From positions 41,445 through 105,444 of IMG/VR virus record IMGVR_UViG_3300037502_002220: DNA of 64,000 bases; one strand, given 5' to 3'. This document shows positions 10,199-20,581 of this stretch, piece by piece. The stretch is from a virus. Within the stretch, counting starts at the first letter, position 1; each line of letters opens with the position of its first letter. The notes under the pieces are model-generated. The model made no database searches, had not been told where the DNA came from, and saw only the letters and a program-made list of their open reading frames with translations. Position numbers and translations under genes: made by a program.

Positions 10199-13100
10199 GC
10201 TGTAAAACACCAACGTTTGAAGAACTAATGCAAGCTGTTAAGAACAGGATGTTCTTAAAGATAGCTAAAGAAAAAACTCAAGACGGTATTGTAGAAGCAC
10301 TTAAGTTTACCAGTGATGTTCTTCAATTACGCCAGCAGAATGTAAATCCTAAGAACGTAGGTGATGATACTTCTCGCTATACGTTAATAGATCCTAGTGC
10401 TGGAGATACTTCTGTGTTCTTATCTAATCGTGTAACAGATAGAGTAGCTAGGTACTATCGTAAGATATTTGAGAAACCTAGTAACCCTAATACTGCACAA
10501 ATGGAGTACGGTACTGCTGTACATAAAGTTATGCAGAATCTGTTAGAAGGTAACTATAACAACACGCTAGATATTAATGCTGTGTATGCAGCTCAGGTAA
10601 ACACACCGTACAGCTTAACGTTGGAACAAGTTCAACAGTTAAATAGCTATGCTAAAAAGCTTTTAAAAGATATCGACGCACAACAACAAGCTATTGACCC
10701 TAAAGGTACTTTTAGAATAGCTGTTGAAAACGTAGTCGTAGATCCTGTTAAAGATCTAGCTGGTACAGTAGACTTAGTAGTAGTATTCTCAGATGGTACA
10801 GTAGGAGTCTATGACTTTAAAACAATGTCACCAAAGTCTAATGTCATAGAAAGAAATATGTTTGGTCAAATTACCAACGTAACTGGTAGAGACTTTGTAG
10901 CTGCTACTACTAGAACAGGTTGGAGTATGCAGATGAACTCCTATCGTGATACATTACTAGAATACTACGGTGCTAAAGACGTTAGGTTTACTAGGATTAT
11001 TCCTATGTTTATGAACTATACGTTAGATGATAATAAGCAAATTACTGGTCTTAGAGAAATTATAACTGAAGCTAACTTTGAACAGCTATCACCTAGATCT
11101 GTAGGTGTAGAAAAGTTTACTAACGCAGCTATTAACGAGTTTCTAAAGACTAGGTACGAGTATATAGAGCAGTTAAATAAACAAATACAATCTGCTTCTA
11201 GATTAGAGCGTCCTAAGTTGTATCAACAGCTAAACCAAGTGTATGACTCTATAGATATGTTTGTTAACAACATGGATATTACCATGCTGATTAACGATGC
11301 ACTTGCTGTATCTAAAGGTACTTACGAAACACTAGCTGAACTTAAGGAAGCATATACATTTGTTAAAGCTATAGTAGATCTACAGCGTAACTTATCTGAT
11401 ACTACAGAAGCATTTGATATTACCTTTGATGCTGACGTAATAGATACACTAGCTAAGAATGCAGCAGTACTACATGAAAAGTATATCAAGTTGATTCTTG
11501 ATGGTGTTGAAGGTAGATACGGTAAGCTTAATGTAGAAGGTGGTGAGATACTACTTAGTGAAGATGATCTACTTACACAGATCTTTAGCACTACCACAGA
11601 ATCTCAGAACCCTATTGTAAGATATGCACAAGATTTATTTCAAGGTAGTTACAATTATCAACGTAGAGAATTTAGAGATTTTGATGAAGCATTAGCTAGT
11701 GTAGAGAAACCATTAATAGAATGGGCTAAGTCTAGAGGTGAAACGTTAGCAGATGTATATAAGTATTTACTTGATCTTGAAAACGGTAAGTTCTATGGTA
11801 GAGTAGATCTAGCATTTATTGAACGTGCTAATCAAGAACGTGATGCTGAGAACGTAGAGTTCTTTACTAAGAATTACGAGATAAAAGATAAGAATGCTAA
11901 AGGGGAAACGTATAAAGAATGGTACAATCGCAACATAAAAGAACTAACGCAAGTACTTGAAGCTAGGTTTAAAAACTTAGATGAAAATCAACGTGTAACT
12001 GCTGTACAGCGTGCGCTTGATAATTGGCAGAGTAACAACGATTTAAAGATAGAAAACGGTATACCTAGATACCCTAAAGCTTGGTTGAATAAACACAACA
12101 GTTGGCTTAAGATTAAACCAGGAGTACTTGCTGCTAATCAATCTGAGCAGTATACGTTCATGAAAGCTAATAAACCACTGCTAGATTATTACGAGTTCTT
12201 GCGCGATAGTGTAGCTAAGTGGAGAGGAGAAACTAGCTACAAACTTATAGATAGTTATTTGTTCTATCCTATGGTTAGAGCTAGTGCTATTGAAAAACTA
12301 GGTAGGACTAATGCTTATGATACATTACTTACAGACATTAAAGAAGTACTAGAGATCAAACAAGATGATCAACTCTTTGGTGTATCTGAAATTAATGACG
12401 ATGGTACTATGGTAGAAGCTAAGCAGATACCGCTGTACTTTACACAACCGTTTAGGAACGCTGCTGGTGGTATAGATACATCGCAGATGAGTACAGATAT
12501 CAGTGCTAGCTTTAGGTTAATGGCTAAGTCTGTGTACAATTACAAGTACATGAATCAGATTGAAGCTGATATACTAGCACTGCAAGATCTTCTTAAGATG
12601 GTCAACTACGAAGAAGGTGGTTGGGGTAAGAAGGTAGTTGACTTTATGAACAGTGTAGCTAAGAAAGATAAAACAGAATCTGGTTCTATGACCGATACTG
12701 TATTTAAAGCACTTAGAGACTATCACCTATATGGTATTAGATTACAGCCAGGGTTTAATCCTAAGTTTGTAAAAGCTGTAGATAGTGCGATGCAGTGGTT
12801 TACACTTAGGTCATTAGGTCTAGGTATCATACCAGCTACTACTTCTTATGTTGCTGGTCAAGTAAGTGCTAGGTTAGAAGCTGTTAAAGGTCAAATATGG
12901 GATACTGAAAAGTGGAACTTAGCTACCAAGCTAATGGCTAAAGAATCTAAGAAGTATCACGGTATAGGTTTTTTCTTTGGTGTACACAACGAAGATATGC
13001 TACAAGATATCTTACGCCAACGTGTAGGTGGTGTATCTTCAGTACTAGGTAATACGCTGTACAATAACAATCTTAATAAGTACGTAGATCAGCGTTTGTT

Positions 13101-14193
13101 AATGGCACCGTGGTCTTATGGTCAAGAACGTTTAGATAATCACATTGCTGTAGCAATGGCACACAGCTATGGTTTTGATAGCAACGGTAATGTAAGATTA
13201 TTGACTAATCTACCACAAGAGAATCAAAAGAGTGTATACGAACGCATGATCTTTGATGAAGCTAAAGGTAGCTTTACTATCGAAGGTCTTAATGAAGAAC
13301 AAACTTCTAGGGCTATTATACAGTTTCAACAAGCTGTTAGAGCTGGTCAAAAGCGTGTTACTGGTACACTATCACAAGAAGATATCGCATACTGGCAAAC
13401 TACGTTAACAGGTAAATTAGTAATGATGTTTAAATCTTGGATGCCTTCTATCCTTAAAGAAAGATTTGGTGCTACTAGGTTTAATGACGTACTAGATGTA
13501 GTAGAGCAAGGTAGATATCGTGCTGTATGGGAGAATAACGAAATAGAAGATAACACAAACACACTGGTATATTTCTTACATACTACTAAGAATACAGCAG
13601 CGTTTGTAGTTAAGAATCTATTAATGACAAATAGTATTGCACGTAGGTTTGGTGCTAAGGTTAAGCTAGATGATACTAAACTTAGAAAACAGTACGCTGC
13701 ATTTCTAAAGAAGTATGAGAAGTACCCTGGTATGCTAGAGAAGGTACCTACGTTTGAATCTTTTGTGCAAATGAAAGAAGGTCAAATACGTGCTGCTATT
13801 GGAGAGTTAGAAGTTTTAATACTACTTTCAGCAGCTATATTCTTGTTAGGTTCTGATTTTGATGATGACGGTGAACCACTGTGGTCTGAAACTTGGGTAG
13901 CACACCAGATCTTTAAAGTACTTAACCGTACTAAAACAGAACTTAGCTTTACATATAATGCAACAGAATACGCTAAGCTAGTAGCTAATCCTATACCTCT
14001 TACTGGGTTATTGACACATGTAATTAAGCTACTTGGAAACACAATAGATGAGACTGGTGATACATTACTTGGTGAAAATAATCAACGAGACAAAGCAGAA
14101 AAGTTACATTATACTACAGGACTTATTCAAGGTATGTATCAGCTTAGGAAATTTTTTGATGTCCTTAGCGTTGATGAAGCAGCTACTCGTTAA
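10195..14193 (+). CDS. Large virion cargo protein with N-terminal PD-(D/E)XK nuclease domain
   Basis: GTAVH..AGTVDLVV..YDFKT..QMNSY motif; 1332 aa; adjacent to the RNAP as in crAss-like phages. Confidence 0.75.
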   Translation: MSCKTPTFEELMQAVKNRMFLKIAKEKTQDGIVEALKFTSDVLQLRQQNVNPKNVGDDTSRYTLIDPSAGDTSVFLSNRVTDRVARYYRKIFEKPSNPNTAQMEYGTAVHKVMQNLLEGNYNNTLDINAVYAAQVNTPYSLTLEQVQQLNSYAKKLLKDIDAQQQAIDPKGTFRIAVENVVVDPVKDLAGTVDLVVVFSDGTVGVYDFKTMSPKSNVIERNMFGQITNVTGRDFVAATTRTGWSMQMNSYRDTLLEYYGAKDVRFTRIIPMFMNYTLDDNKQITGLREIITEANFEQLSPRSVGVEKFTNAAINEFLKTRYEYIEQLNKQIQSASRLERPKLYQQLNQVYDSIDMFVNNMDITMLINDALAVSKGTYETLAELKEAYTFVKAIVDLQRNLSDTTEAFDITFDADVIDTLAKNAAVLHEKYIKLILDGVEGRYGKLNVEGGEILLSEDDLLTQIFSTTTESQNPIVRYAQDLFQGSYNYQRREFRDFDEALASVEKPLIEWAKSRGETLADVYKYLLDLENGKFYGRVDLAFIERANQERDAENVEFFTKNYEIKDKNAKGETYKEWYNRNIKELTQVLEARFKNLDENQRVTAVQRALDNWQSNNDLKIENGIPRYPKAWLNKHNSWLKIKPGVLAANQSEQYTFMKANKPLLDYYEFLRDSVAKWRGETSYKLIDSYLFYPMVRASAIEKLGRTNAYDTLLTDIKEVLEIKQDDQLFGVSEINDDGTMVEAKQIPLYFTQPFRNAAGGIDTSQMSTDISASFRLMAKSVYNYKYMNQIEADILALQDLLKMVNYEEGGWGKKVVDFMNSVAKKDKTESGSMTDTVFKALRDYHLYGIRLQPGFNPKFVKAVDSAMQWFTLRSLGLGIIPATTSYVAGQVSARLEAVKGQIWDTEKWNLATKLMAKESKKYHGIGFFFGVHNEDMLQDILRQRVGGVSSVLGNTLYNNNLNKYVDQRLLMAPWSYGQERLDNHIAVAMAHSYGFDSNGNVRLLTNLPQENQKSVYERMIFDEAKGSFTIEGLNEEQTSRAIIQFQQAVRAGQKRVTGTLSQEDIAYWQTTLTGKLVMMFKSWMPSILKERFGATRFNDVLDVVEQGRYRAVWENNEIEDNTNTLVYFLHTTKNTAAFVVKNLLMTNSIARRFGAKVKLDDTKLRKQYAAFLKKYEKYPGMLEKVPTFESFVQMKEGQIRAAIGELEVLILLSAAIFLLGSDFDDDGEPLWSETWVAHQIFKVLNRTKTELSFTYNATEYAKLVANPIPLTGLLTHVIKLLGNTIDETGDTLLGENNQRDKAEKLHYTTGLIQGMYQLRKFFDVLSVDEAATR

Positions 14194-14212
14194 AGTACGT
14201 GAGCGGTGCGGT

Positions 14213-14246
14213 AAAAAAAAGGACTACACCGCATTTGGTGTAGCCC
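14213..14246 (-). terminator. Intrinsic terminator at the convergent strand switch
   Basis: Stem ggactacacc/ggtgtagccc next to an A8 tract (U-tract on the - strand). Confidence 0.7.
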
Positions 14247-14268
14247 CTAAAATTACCCTATGAAAGCA

Positions 14269-14541
14269 TTACAAATTTACACAATAAACTGGATCTTTTA
14301 CAATAATCCTCCTGTTAGTTTTTTCAACATCAACAGGAATAGCTTTGTTACCGTAGACTACAACAACAGGTTCTATGATATGTTTACTGAGTTCTATAGT
14401 CTTAGCTACAATAGCTTTATTAAGACTTTCTAATTCTGCTTTATAAGCCTCGAATCTATTCTGTAGCGTAACTACATCATTAACCATTGCTGCAATCTGC
14501 TCTTCAGAAAGATTACTTTCTGGGTGAAATACTTCTTTCAT
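14269..14541 (-). CDS. Hypothetical coiled-coil protein
   Basis: ORF tiles with neighbours. Confidence 0.65.
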   Translation of the reverse strand: MKEVFHPESNLSEEQIAAMVNDVVTLQNRFEAYKAELESLNKAIVAKTIELSKHIIEPVVVVYGNKAIPVDVEKTNRRIIVKDPVYCVNL

Positions 14542-14543
14542 GT

Positions 14544-14903
14544 TTAAAGTTCTGTGTGATCTAATAATACATTTAACTTCGCGTAAAATTCACTGTGCGT
14601 AATAATCTGATAGTCTCTGTATAGATCTTTAATGATACTAGGTACCTTACAATCCATAGTCTCTACGATAACCCTAGCTAATGTTAAAGCATCTCTACCG
14701 TCTATGTATAGTTCTGGTAGTGCTTCCATGCGTACAATCTCACTATTAAACTCGCGTTCAGACATATGATGCGCACGCATGTACACTCTCTTAGCATCGA
14801 CACCGACATTAACTAACATATACTGTGGATGTGGATCCTCATGTCTGTAAAATATGTAGCGTACTTTCCATATTAAACTAGCGTGTAATGGACTATCCTC
14901 CAT
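14544..14903 (-). CDS. Hypothetical protein
   Basis: ORF tiles with neighbours. Confidence 0.65.
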   Translation of the reverse strand: MEDSPLHASLIWKVRYIFYRHEDPHPQYMLVNVGVDAKRVYMRAHHMSEREFNSEIVRMEALPELYIDGRDALTLARVIVETMDCKVPSIIKDLYRDYQIITHSEFYAKLNVLLDHTEL

Positions 14904-15225
14904 AGCTTTCGTAGTTATTCTCGATTAGATACTCAAGGTGTTCTTGCATAGACCTTTCATCAGATTCTTTAAGCCTACGCATATCATCAGATGCAGCTTC
15001 ATTAGCTTCATCTCTAGCACGTAAACATACTTCAACAGCTTTAGCTAACACTCTTTTACGTTTATCATTTGCAGATAACCATTCGTTGATCTTAATTAAA
15101 CGTTCTGTCTTACTAAGTGCTGGAAATAAATGTTTATTACAGTAGTTTATGGTATCTTGAAAATCAGGTATACGTGGTATTATTTCGTCGTCTTCTATCT
15201 CCCCGATGGAAAGAGTTTCTTCCAA
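14893..15225 (-). CDS. Hypothetical protein
   Basis: ORF tiles with neighbours. Confidence 0.65.
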   Translation of the reverse strand: MEETLSIGEIEDDEIIPRIPDFQDTINYCNKHLFPALSKTERLIKINEWLSANDKRKRVLAKAVEVCLRARDEANEAASDDMRRLKESDERSMQEHLEYLIENNYESYGG

Positions 15226-15944
15226 CGGGGGTTCTTCTTTTTTTTATCATCTTCCTCCTCAAGATCATCGTCATTTACGTTAGCAGGCTTAGGCTCTGGT
15301 TTAGGTTCTGGCTTAGGTTTATTCTCTACTCTAGGTGCAGGTCTATCTAATACGTTAGATACACCATCATTGACCTGAGCAAATAATCCTAGATAGAACG
15401 GTAAGCTAACGTGCGCTATGAGAATAAATATAGACATAAACGTAGTACCATCTTGAATAGTAAGCAACGCTTTACCTATACTACCTGAAAAGAGAAAGTT
15501 CAAAAACGTGTAAGCTTCTACTTGAGTACCTCTACCTAGTACAATAAACCAAGTGTTAGCAAATGCTGGTAACACCGTCCATAAACCAGACATGAGTACA
15601 TCAAGTAATTCTTTACCAACAACCCAAACATTTTGCTTTAACTTAATAGAAGCATATAACTCTTGGAATTGTCTATACAGTGTACTACCAAAGACTACTG
15701 ATATTGCAGCAATAGCCATATGTGACGCTAACCTTACCCAATAGTTCATATTGTGTAAGAACGCTACGTCAGCAGCTATGAGACCTTCGAGTACAGCTAA
15801 GAATACCAAGAGTGCTTCTTGCAATACTACTTTACGATCACGTATAGCATCGATAATATCAGTACCTTTAGACTTAGATTTAAAGATTGCGTACAACATT
15901 GCTACACCAAGTGCAGCTACAATCATAGGTACATACTGTGTCAT
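15195..15944 (-). CDS. Multi-pass membrane protein with PKPE-repeat charged tail
   Basis: Several hydrophobic segments; KPKPEPKPEPKP followed by an acidic/basic tail. Confidence 0.7.
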   Translation of the reverse strand: MTQYVPMIVAALGVAMLYAIFKSKSKGTDIIDAIRDRKVVLQEALLVFLAVLEGLIAADVAFLHNMNYWVRLASHMAIAAISVVFGSTLYRQFQELYASIKLKQNVWVVGKELLDVLMSGLWTVLPAFANTWFIVLGRGTQVEAYTFLNFLFSGSIGKALLTIQDGTTFMSIFILIAHVSLPFYLGLFAQVNDGVSNVLDRPAPRVENKPKPEPKPEPKPANVNDDDLEEEDDKKKKNPRWKKLFPSGR

Positions 15945-16020
15945 TTCTTAGGAAACATTTTTAAATACAATTTGTAAATGAATACTAACCAGATAAGCCA
16001 AGCTATTACGTGTATGATCA

Positions 16021-16389
16021 TCATATTCCGTACATTAACTTGCGAATAAAAAGATTCATGTTTGAACTTGCTGAACGAAGATCTAGTATCTTATTCTGTA
16101 CTAAGCTATCTAGTTCTTGTTCTTTTCTATCCATGATCATATTAACTTCTTTTTCAACAGCTTTACGTACGAAATCTTCACGTGTACATAGCGTATCTAC
16201 AATGTGCATACGTTCGTTCTTTAGTACTTTAAAAGTACCTGCGTAAACTTCAGTAGTATCTACAGTACTAATTGAATCTACCGTAGTAGTTTCTTCCCTA
16301 GAACATGCGTACTTGTTAAACATCACTATTACAGCGATCATTACAATACCTTGTACGATGTTACTTATCCAACTTGATTTTTGCGACAT
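16021..16389 (-). CDS. Membrane-anchored hypothetical protein
   Basis: N-terminal hydrophobic helix followed by Cys; C-terminal coiled coil. Confidence 0.6.
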   Translation of the reverse strand: MSQKSSWISNIVQGIVMIAVIVMFNKYACSREETTTVDSISTVDTTEVYAGTFKVLKNERMHIVDTLCTREDFVRKAVEKEVNMIMDRKEQELDSLVQNKILDLRSASSNMNLFIRKLMYGI

Positions 16390-16786
16390 GATAATTAGGT
16401 CCTTTTTGAATCTTTCCAGATCGGTTTAACAATAAAAATAAATCATCCACTTGCTGTACTGTGTAACCTTCAAGCATATTATCTTCAATATACTTTTCTA
16501 CTTGCTCTTTAGATGCAGAAGCCTTGCTCATGTTACTGTTATATACAGCAGTCATTGCTTTTCTTACATCATCATAACTGTAACCTAACGCTAATATCTT
16601 AGCCATGGTAACCCACAGTAAGTCTATAGCTTCTTTGAGTTCAGCTTCAGATCTACCGTGTTTAAACTCAGCTTCAAGCTCTTTGAGTTCTTCTTGTATC
16701 AGCTTAGAGTAAAGGCTACAGGTTTTACGATCTCTGTGCATAGGTACTCCAAACTTAGACATCCAAATTTCAACTAGTGTAAACAT
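16361..16786 (-). CDS. MazG-like nucleotide pyrophosphohydrolase
   Basis: LIQEELKEL..EAIDLLWV..SNMSK..GKIQKGPNY. Confidence 0.8.
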   Translation of the reverse strand: MFTLVEIWMSKFGVPMHRDRKTCSLYSKLIQEELKELEAEFKHGRSEAELKEAIDLLWVTMAKILALGYSYDDVRKAMTAVYNSNMSKASASKEQVEKYIEDNMLEGYTVQQVDDLFLLLNRSGKIQKGPNYHVAKIKLDK

Positions 16787-17651
16787 GTAAAAGGTTTTTA
16801 TATTGTTTAATAGACTCGTGAATTAAATCCTCATCTTTGACTGCAGCGTTAACAGGTATTTTCATATCTACAGGATAGCGTATGATGTTTTTACCATGCC
16901 ACCAACTAGCTGTAGTTACTAACTGGGCACCACAAAGAGCTGCTTCATGATACGCACTCATAGACTTACACCTATTTACTTGCGTATCCATGATAGGGTG
17001 AAATATAAAATGTGGGCTTATATCACAAAGCTTCATAAAGTAAGCCATAGGTTCTGTCCATGTGATTACATCTTGAAACTGTGAATTAAATCCTGTTGGT
17101 GTAATACCCATGAAGTACCACTTAGGTTGCAAGCGATCATCGATTTCTATAAAAACATCTTTGTAGTGTTCGTAATCTTCAAACCTAGCAATAGAACCAC
17201 GTACTACAATAGTAGGTCTTACTTTCTTAGGTTTATAGCTTAGGTTTAAGTTCAAGAAGTTTTTAATAGTAACGATATGATGATCTTTACCTAGCTTTTC
17301 TTTCCAATATTTTGTAAGTTCGTCTGTAGCACAGATTATAGTATCTGCTAACTCTAAACAATCTTGATGATCTCGGTAATGATCTGGGTACTGATCATAG
17401 ATCATAAGATCATCAACATCACATATCACAGGTATACCCATACACTTAGCTACCATAATAGCAAAAAGATGGTCTCTGGTATGTGGCATACTCATAAAGA
17501 GTATAGAAGCACCAGATAATATCCTAGCATGGTTCTCAGCAGGAATGTACATATCTTTAACTGTAAAGTTCCTAGCTGCATGGTGAAGCATGTTATCGAT
17601 CCTGTAATAGTTAGTACCTCTACTTGCTGAACGTACTGTTACAATGGTCAT
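16770..17651 (-). CDS. Glycosyltransferase-like protein (GT-B fold)
   Basis: GTNYYRI..DVDD..ADTIICAT..NRCKS...EAA pattern. Confidence 0.65.
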   Translation of the reverse strand: MTIVTVRSASRGTNYYRIDNMLHHAARNFTVKDMYIPAENHARILSGASILFMSMPHTRDHLFAIMVAKCMGIPVICDVDDLMIYDQYPDHYRDHQDCLELADTIICATDELTKYWKEKLGKDHHIVTIKNFLNLNLSYKPKKVRPTIVVRGSIARFEDYEHYKDVFIEIDDRLQPKWYFMGITPTGFNSQFQDVITWTEPMAYFMKLCDISPHFIFHPIMDTQVNRCKSMSAYHEAALCGAQLVTTASWWHGKNIIRYPVDMKIPVNAAVKDEDLIHESIKQYKNLLHVYTS

Positions 17652-17666
17652 AGTTGTAAAATTAAA

Positions 17667-17692
17667 AGATGTGGGATGTTACTCCCACATCT
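17667..17692 (-). terminator. Hairpin/terminator
   Basis: 10-bp stem agatgtggga/tcccacatct with GTAACA loop on the - strand. Confidence 0.6.
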
Positions 17693-17696
17693 AAAG

Positions 17697-17891
17697 TTAT
17701 TTTCTTTTTCTTTCGTTATCCTCTATGATAGCAGAATCTATTTCAAGTGATAAACTAGTAGTCTTACCGTAAACAGTAATATCCATACTTTCAAGTTCAT
17801 CACGTAACTTCTCGTATATACCTTCTGTGTGTGCATGGTCACCATTAAGTACTACATCTAGTGTAACAATTAGTTTCTTTCTAAGATTCAT
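17697..17891 (-). CDS. Hypothetical protein
   Basis: ORF tiles with neighbours. Confidence 0.55.
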   Translation of the reverse strand: MNLRKKLIVTLDVVLNGDHAHTEGIYEKLRDELESMDITVYGKTTSLSLEIDSAIIEDNERKRK

Positions 17892-17897
17892 GGTACA

Positions 17898-18257
17898 CTA
17901 GTTTAAATGTACTTTATCAGATTCTATCTTAGTAGCTAACTTCTGTTCAGCTAACTTTTCAAGAAATGCTACAGGTACTGCAATACAATCATCAATCCTG
18001 TTTACACACTTACAGAAAGCATCAAGTTCTGGTGTAACATCATGCTTAGTACACAGCGTTAAAAAAGCACTGAGCATAGGTTCAAGTTGGCTTTCATCTT
18101 TCATACAAGTAGCTATCTTCCACTCGTAGGTAGTATCTTGATACTCGAAAGAAATAGTACTAGAATTAAAACATATCGTTTGCATAGGAATAAATTTAAA
18201 ATGGCTAAGCGCCACCTGTATAATCAGGTGGCAACTTAGGACCATGGTGATCAACAT
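17898..18257 (-). CDS. Hypothetical protein (true start probably the internal MQTIC)
   Basis: ORF track; overlap with the upstream gene suggests a later start. Confidence 0.55.
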   Translation of the reverse strand: MLITMVLSCHLIIQVALSHFKFIPMQTICFNSSTISFEYQDTTYEWKIATCMKDESQLEPMLSAFLTLCTKHDVTPELDAFCKCVNRIDDCIAVPVAFLEKLAEQKLATKIESDKVHLN

Positions 18258-18840
18258 TAAAAGCTTCGTATGTTGGCGGTACGTAAAATGAATCTAACTC
18301 AGAACCTTCTAGTTCTTCTTCAGATACATTGACTTCGTAATGCTCTTGCAACTTACTTTTAAAGATAGTAACAAACTGTTGCTTTTTAGTAAGTACTGCA
18401 TACAATGGATTAACGACTTTGTTTTCATATTCTGTAATACCCATTTTCTTGAGCTGATCTACTGTGAACATTTCAGAAAACTTACCTTCGATAAAGCTAT
18501 TGTAGCTACGATGTAATTCTTTAGGTATTCTAAATACAATAAACACGTGTGCGTTATCTTTTAGTTTCATTGGATAATCATCCTCATAAAACTCATGTGT
18601 GCGCAAGTACGTTAACGCTTGTCGTTGTAACTTAGTCTTGTTTTCTACAAGTGCAAATAAGCGATACCCTACTTGACCATAGTTCTTAGCTTGAAGATAT
18701 CTCAGATCATAAGTACCCCACATAATAGGTCTCGTCATCTGTAATTTACTAAGGCTTTCTTTATCAAAGTAAGATAGCATTGCACGAGCTAGGTAAATCC
18801 TAGTGCGGTTTACATAAATCTTATTTAACTGTATCTTCAT
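18205..18840 (-). CDS. Hypothetical protein
   Basis: 211-aa ORF, ATGA-coupled. Confidence 0.7.
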   Translation of the reverse strand: MKIQLNKIYVNRTRIYLARAMLSYFDKESLSKLQMTRPIMWGTYDLRYLQAKNYGQVGYRLFALVENKTKLQRQALTYLRTHEFYEDDYPMKLKDNAHVFIVFRIPKELHRSYNSFIEGKFSEMFTVDQLKKMGITEYENKVVNPLYAVLTKKQQFVTIFKSKLQEHYEVNVSEEELEGSELDSFYVPPTYEAFNVDHHGPKLPPDYTGGA

Positions 18841-19646
18841 ACAGTAAAGAATTTGTACGCATCAAGTACTTTATCTGGTCTAGCAATAGACACTTCACGA
18901 TCTTTACCTATCGTATAGGTCATTGCTTGATACAGATCATACCTGGTGTATACACCATCTGGCTTGTGATACTTACCGTTAGGCTTAAATGATAAATCCA
19001 TCATCTGTGAGAAGTGTGTCTTCATCGCAATAGCTTTGTGAGCTTTGAGTGCCACCTGGCCAATAACGCGTTCAAGTTGTTCACCTTGTAATTGCTCACC
19101 AGTAAGTAATGCGTGCGCTTGTACGAGTTCTTCTCTACGTGTTTCAATACGTTGCAGATAGTTATCGATTACATCATAGATAGCACCGAAGTCTGTAGAT
19201 GCAAAGTCACGTTGTACAATGTCTACAGCATTGAACACAGATAGGTTCAAACACGCTTGGTTTTCAAATCCTAAGTACACCTTCATGATAGGTTTGCTTA
19301 CGTCATGCGCATACAGAAAACCAATAACTGTTTTGTACCTATCGCTACCAAAGACTTGATCTTCAGTGTTGAGTACAGCTTCTACAAGCACGCGATCTGC
19401 GAACATGTACTTCTCAGCAATTTCACCGCTATCAGTAGTATCTACTGCTTTACGGTTAGGCTCTTGTACGTAGCAGTTGTAACTACTAACGTGTGACGAT
19501 AGCTTTGTAAATGCAGGTGTAAGTACTGCTTCCGGTGAAGGTAGTGTTAGAAACTGATTACCTTCTTGTTGTGACGCTTTGTAGCGCAACAAGTTACTTA
19601 ATTCAACTTGCTTCATGGTAAAGTATTTATTGATTATTAATTCCAA
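18837..19646 (-). CDS. Hypothetical protein, possibly DUF932-like
   Basis: ACLNLSVF motif and position in the replication block; family call tentative. Confidence 0.5.
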   Translation of the reverse strand: MELIINKYFTMKQVELSNLLRYKASQQEGNQFLTLPSPEAVLTPAFTKLSSHVSSYNCYVQEPNRKAVDTTDSGEIAEKYMFADRVLVEAVLNTEDQVFGSDRYKTVIGFLYAHDVSKPIMKVYLGFENQACLNLSVFNAVDIVQRDFASTDFGAIYDVIDNYLQRIETRREELVQAHALLTGEQLQGEQLERVIGQVALKAHKAIAMKTHFSQMMDLSFKPNGKYHKPDGVYTRYDLYQAMTYTIGKDREVSIARPDKVLDAYKFFTV

Positions 19647-20581
19647 ATAGATGGGATATCTAAACTATCTTGCTCTCTAGGACTAAAGTATTCACTCCAA
19701 CCTTTGATACGCATACGATGCTTTATGATATTGTTATTGATATAAATATCTCCAAGATCTTTAATAGCACCGTGCTTAGCAATCTCTAAATCTAAGTCAG
19801 AGATATTTATAGTAGCACAGGTGTTATCTGGCTTAGAGTACACAGCAATGTGACACGTTACTGGTTTATCGTAGATAAGCTGTAGTGCTTCACGATAAAA
19901 AGAAAGTTGTATATCTGTTCTACGTCTACGTATTTCATTGTTGTAGTCTTCAATAGGTAACTCAGTATACTTGATGTCGTAGAGTTCAATACTATCTTCG
20001 TTAAATACAACTAGATCTATAAGACCTTTACATTCTTTACCATCGTACTTAAAGTACACAGGCTTCTGAGCCTCATGTTCAGATCCTAGTTGATCTTTAA
20101 GATGGTACCTAAGTAGTTCACTAGGTGCATATAGGTTAATACGTAAATCAGCAGGTACTAACTTTCTATCACCTTGCATGTGTAGATGTTCTAGATACTT
20201 CTGACCATTCTTAGTTACAACTACTGTGTTAATTCTAGTAGGTGTTTTATAACGCATGTTGTACTCTAGCTCATCCATAATTTGAACTAGACCTTCTGTG
20301 TTACGATGTAATTCTTTTTCTTCAGGAAATCTTTTGTAATAGGTATCTACAATCTGTTTTACTTTACCTGTAGGCATCGCTGAAGATTGAGTCCATTCAC
20401 AAAATAACTTTGTGTACAGCGATGGTGTAAGCACTAAGCAGTCAAAGATAGAACCTTTGAGTAGTGCTGGATTATCATCATTCTTTTCTCTTCTTGCTAT
20501 TCCCAGCTCTACTTTTATTTGACTTTGGCTTATCGCTGGGTGATTGTAATACTCCTTGATTTGTTGCACCTTCGTATCCAT
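19637..20581 (-). CDS. PD-(D/E)XK exonuclease (RecE/Cas4-like)
   Basis: SQSQIK..GSIFD..CKGLIDLV..DIK..QLSFY. Confidence 0.75.
   Translation of the reverse strand: MDTKVQQIKEYYNHPAISQSQIKVELGIARREKNDDNPALLKGSIFDCLVLTPSLYTKLFCEWTQSSAMPTGKVKQIVDTYYKRFPEEKELHRNTEGLVQIMDELEYNMRYKTPTRINTVVVTKNGQKYLEHLHMQGDRKLVPADLRINLYAPSELLRYHLKDQLGSEHEAQKPVYFKYDGKECKGLIDLVVFNEDSIELYDIKYTELPIEDYNNEIRRRRTDIQLSFYREALQLIYDKPVTCHIAVYSKPDNTCATINISDLDLEIAKHGAIKDLGDIYINNNIIKHRMRIKGWSEYFSPREQDSLDIPSIWN

Noticed and set aside
551-14263. Short - strand ORFs and alternative-frame ORFs inside the cargo genes (similar ones occur inside TerL and portal)
   Set aside because: Shadows of long, motif-bearing genes with no independent support.
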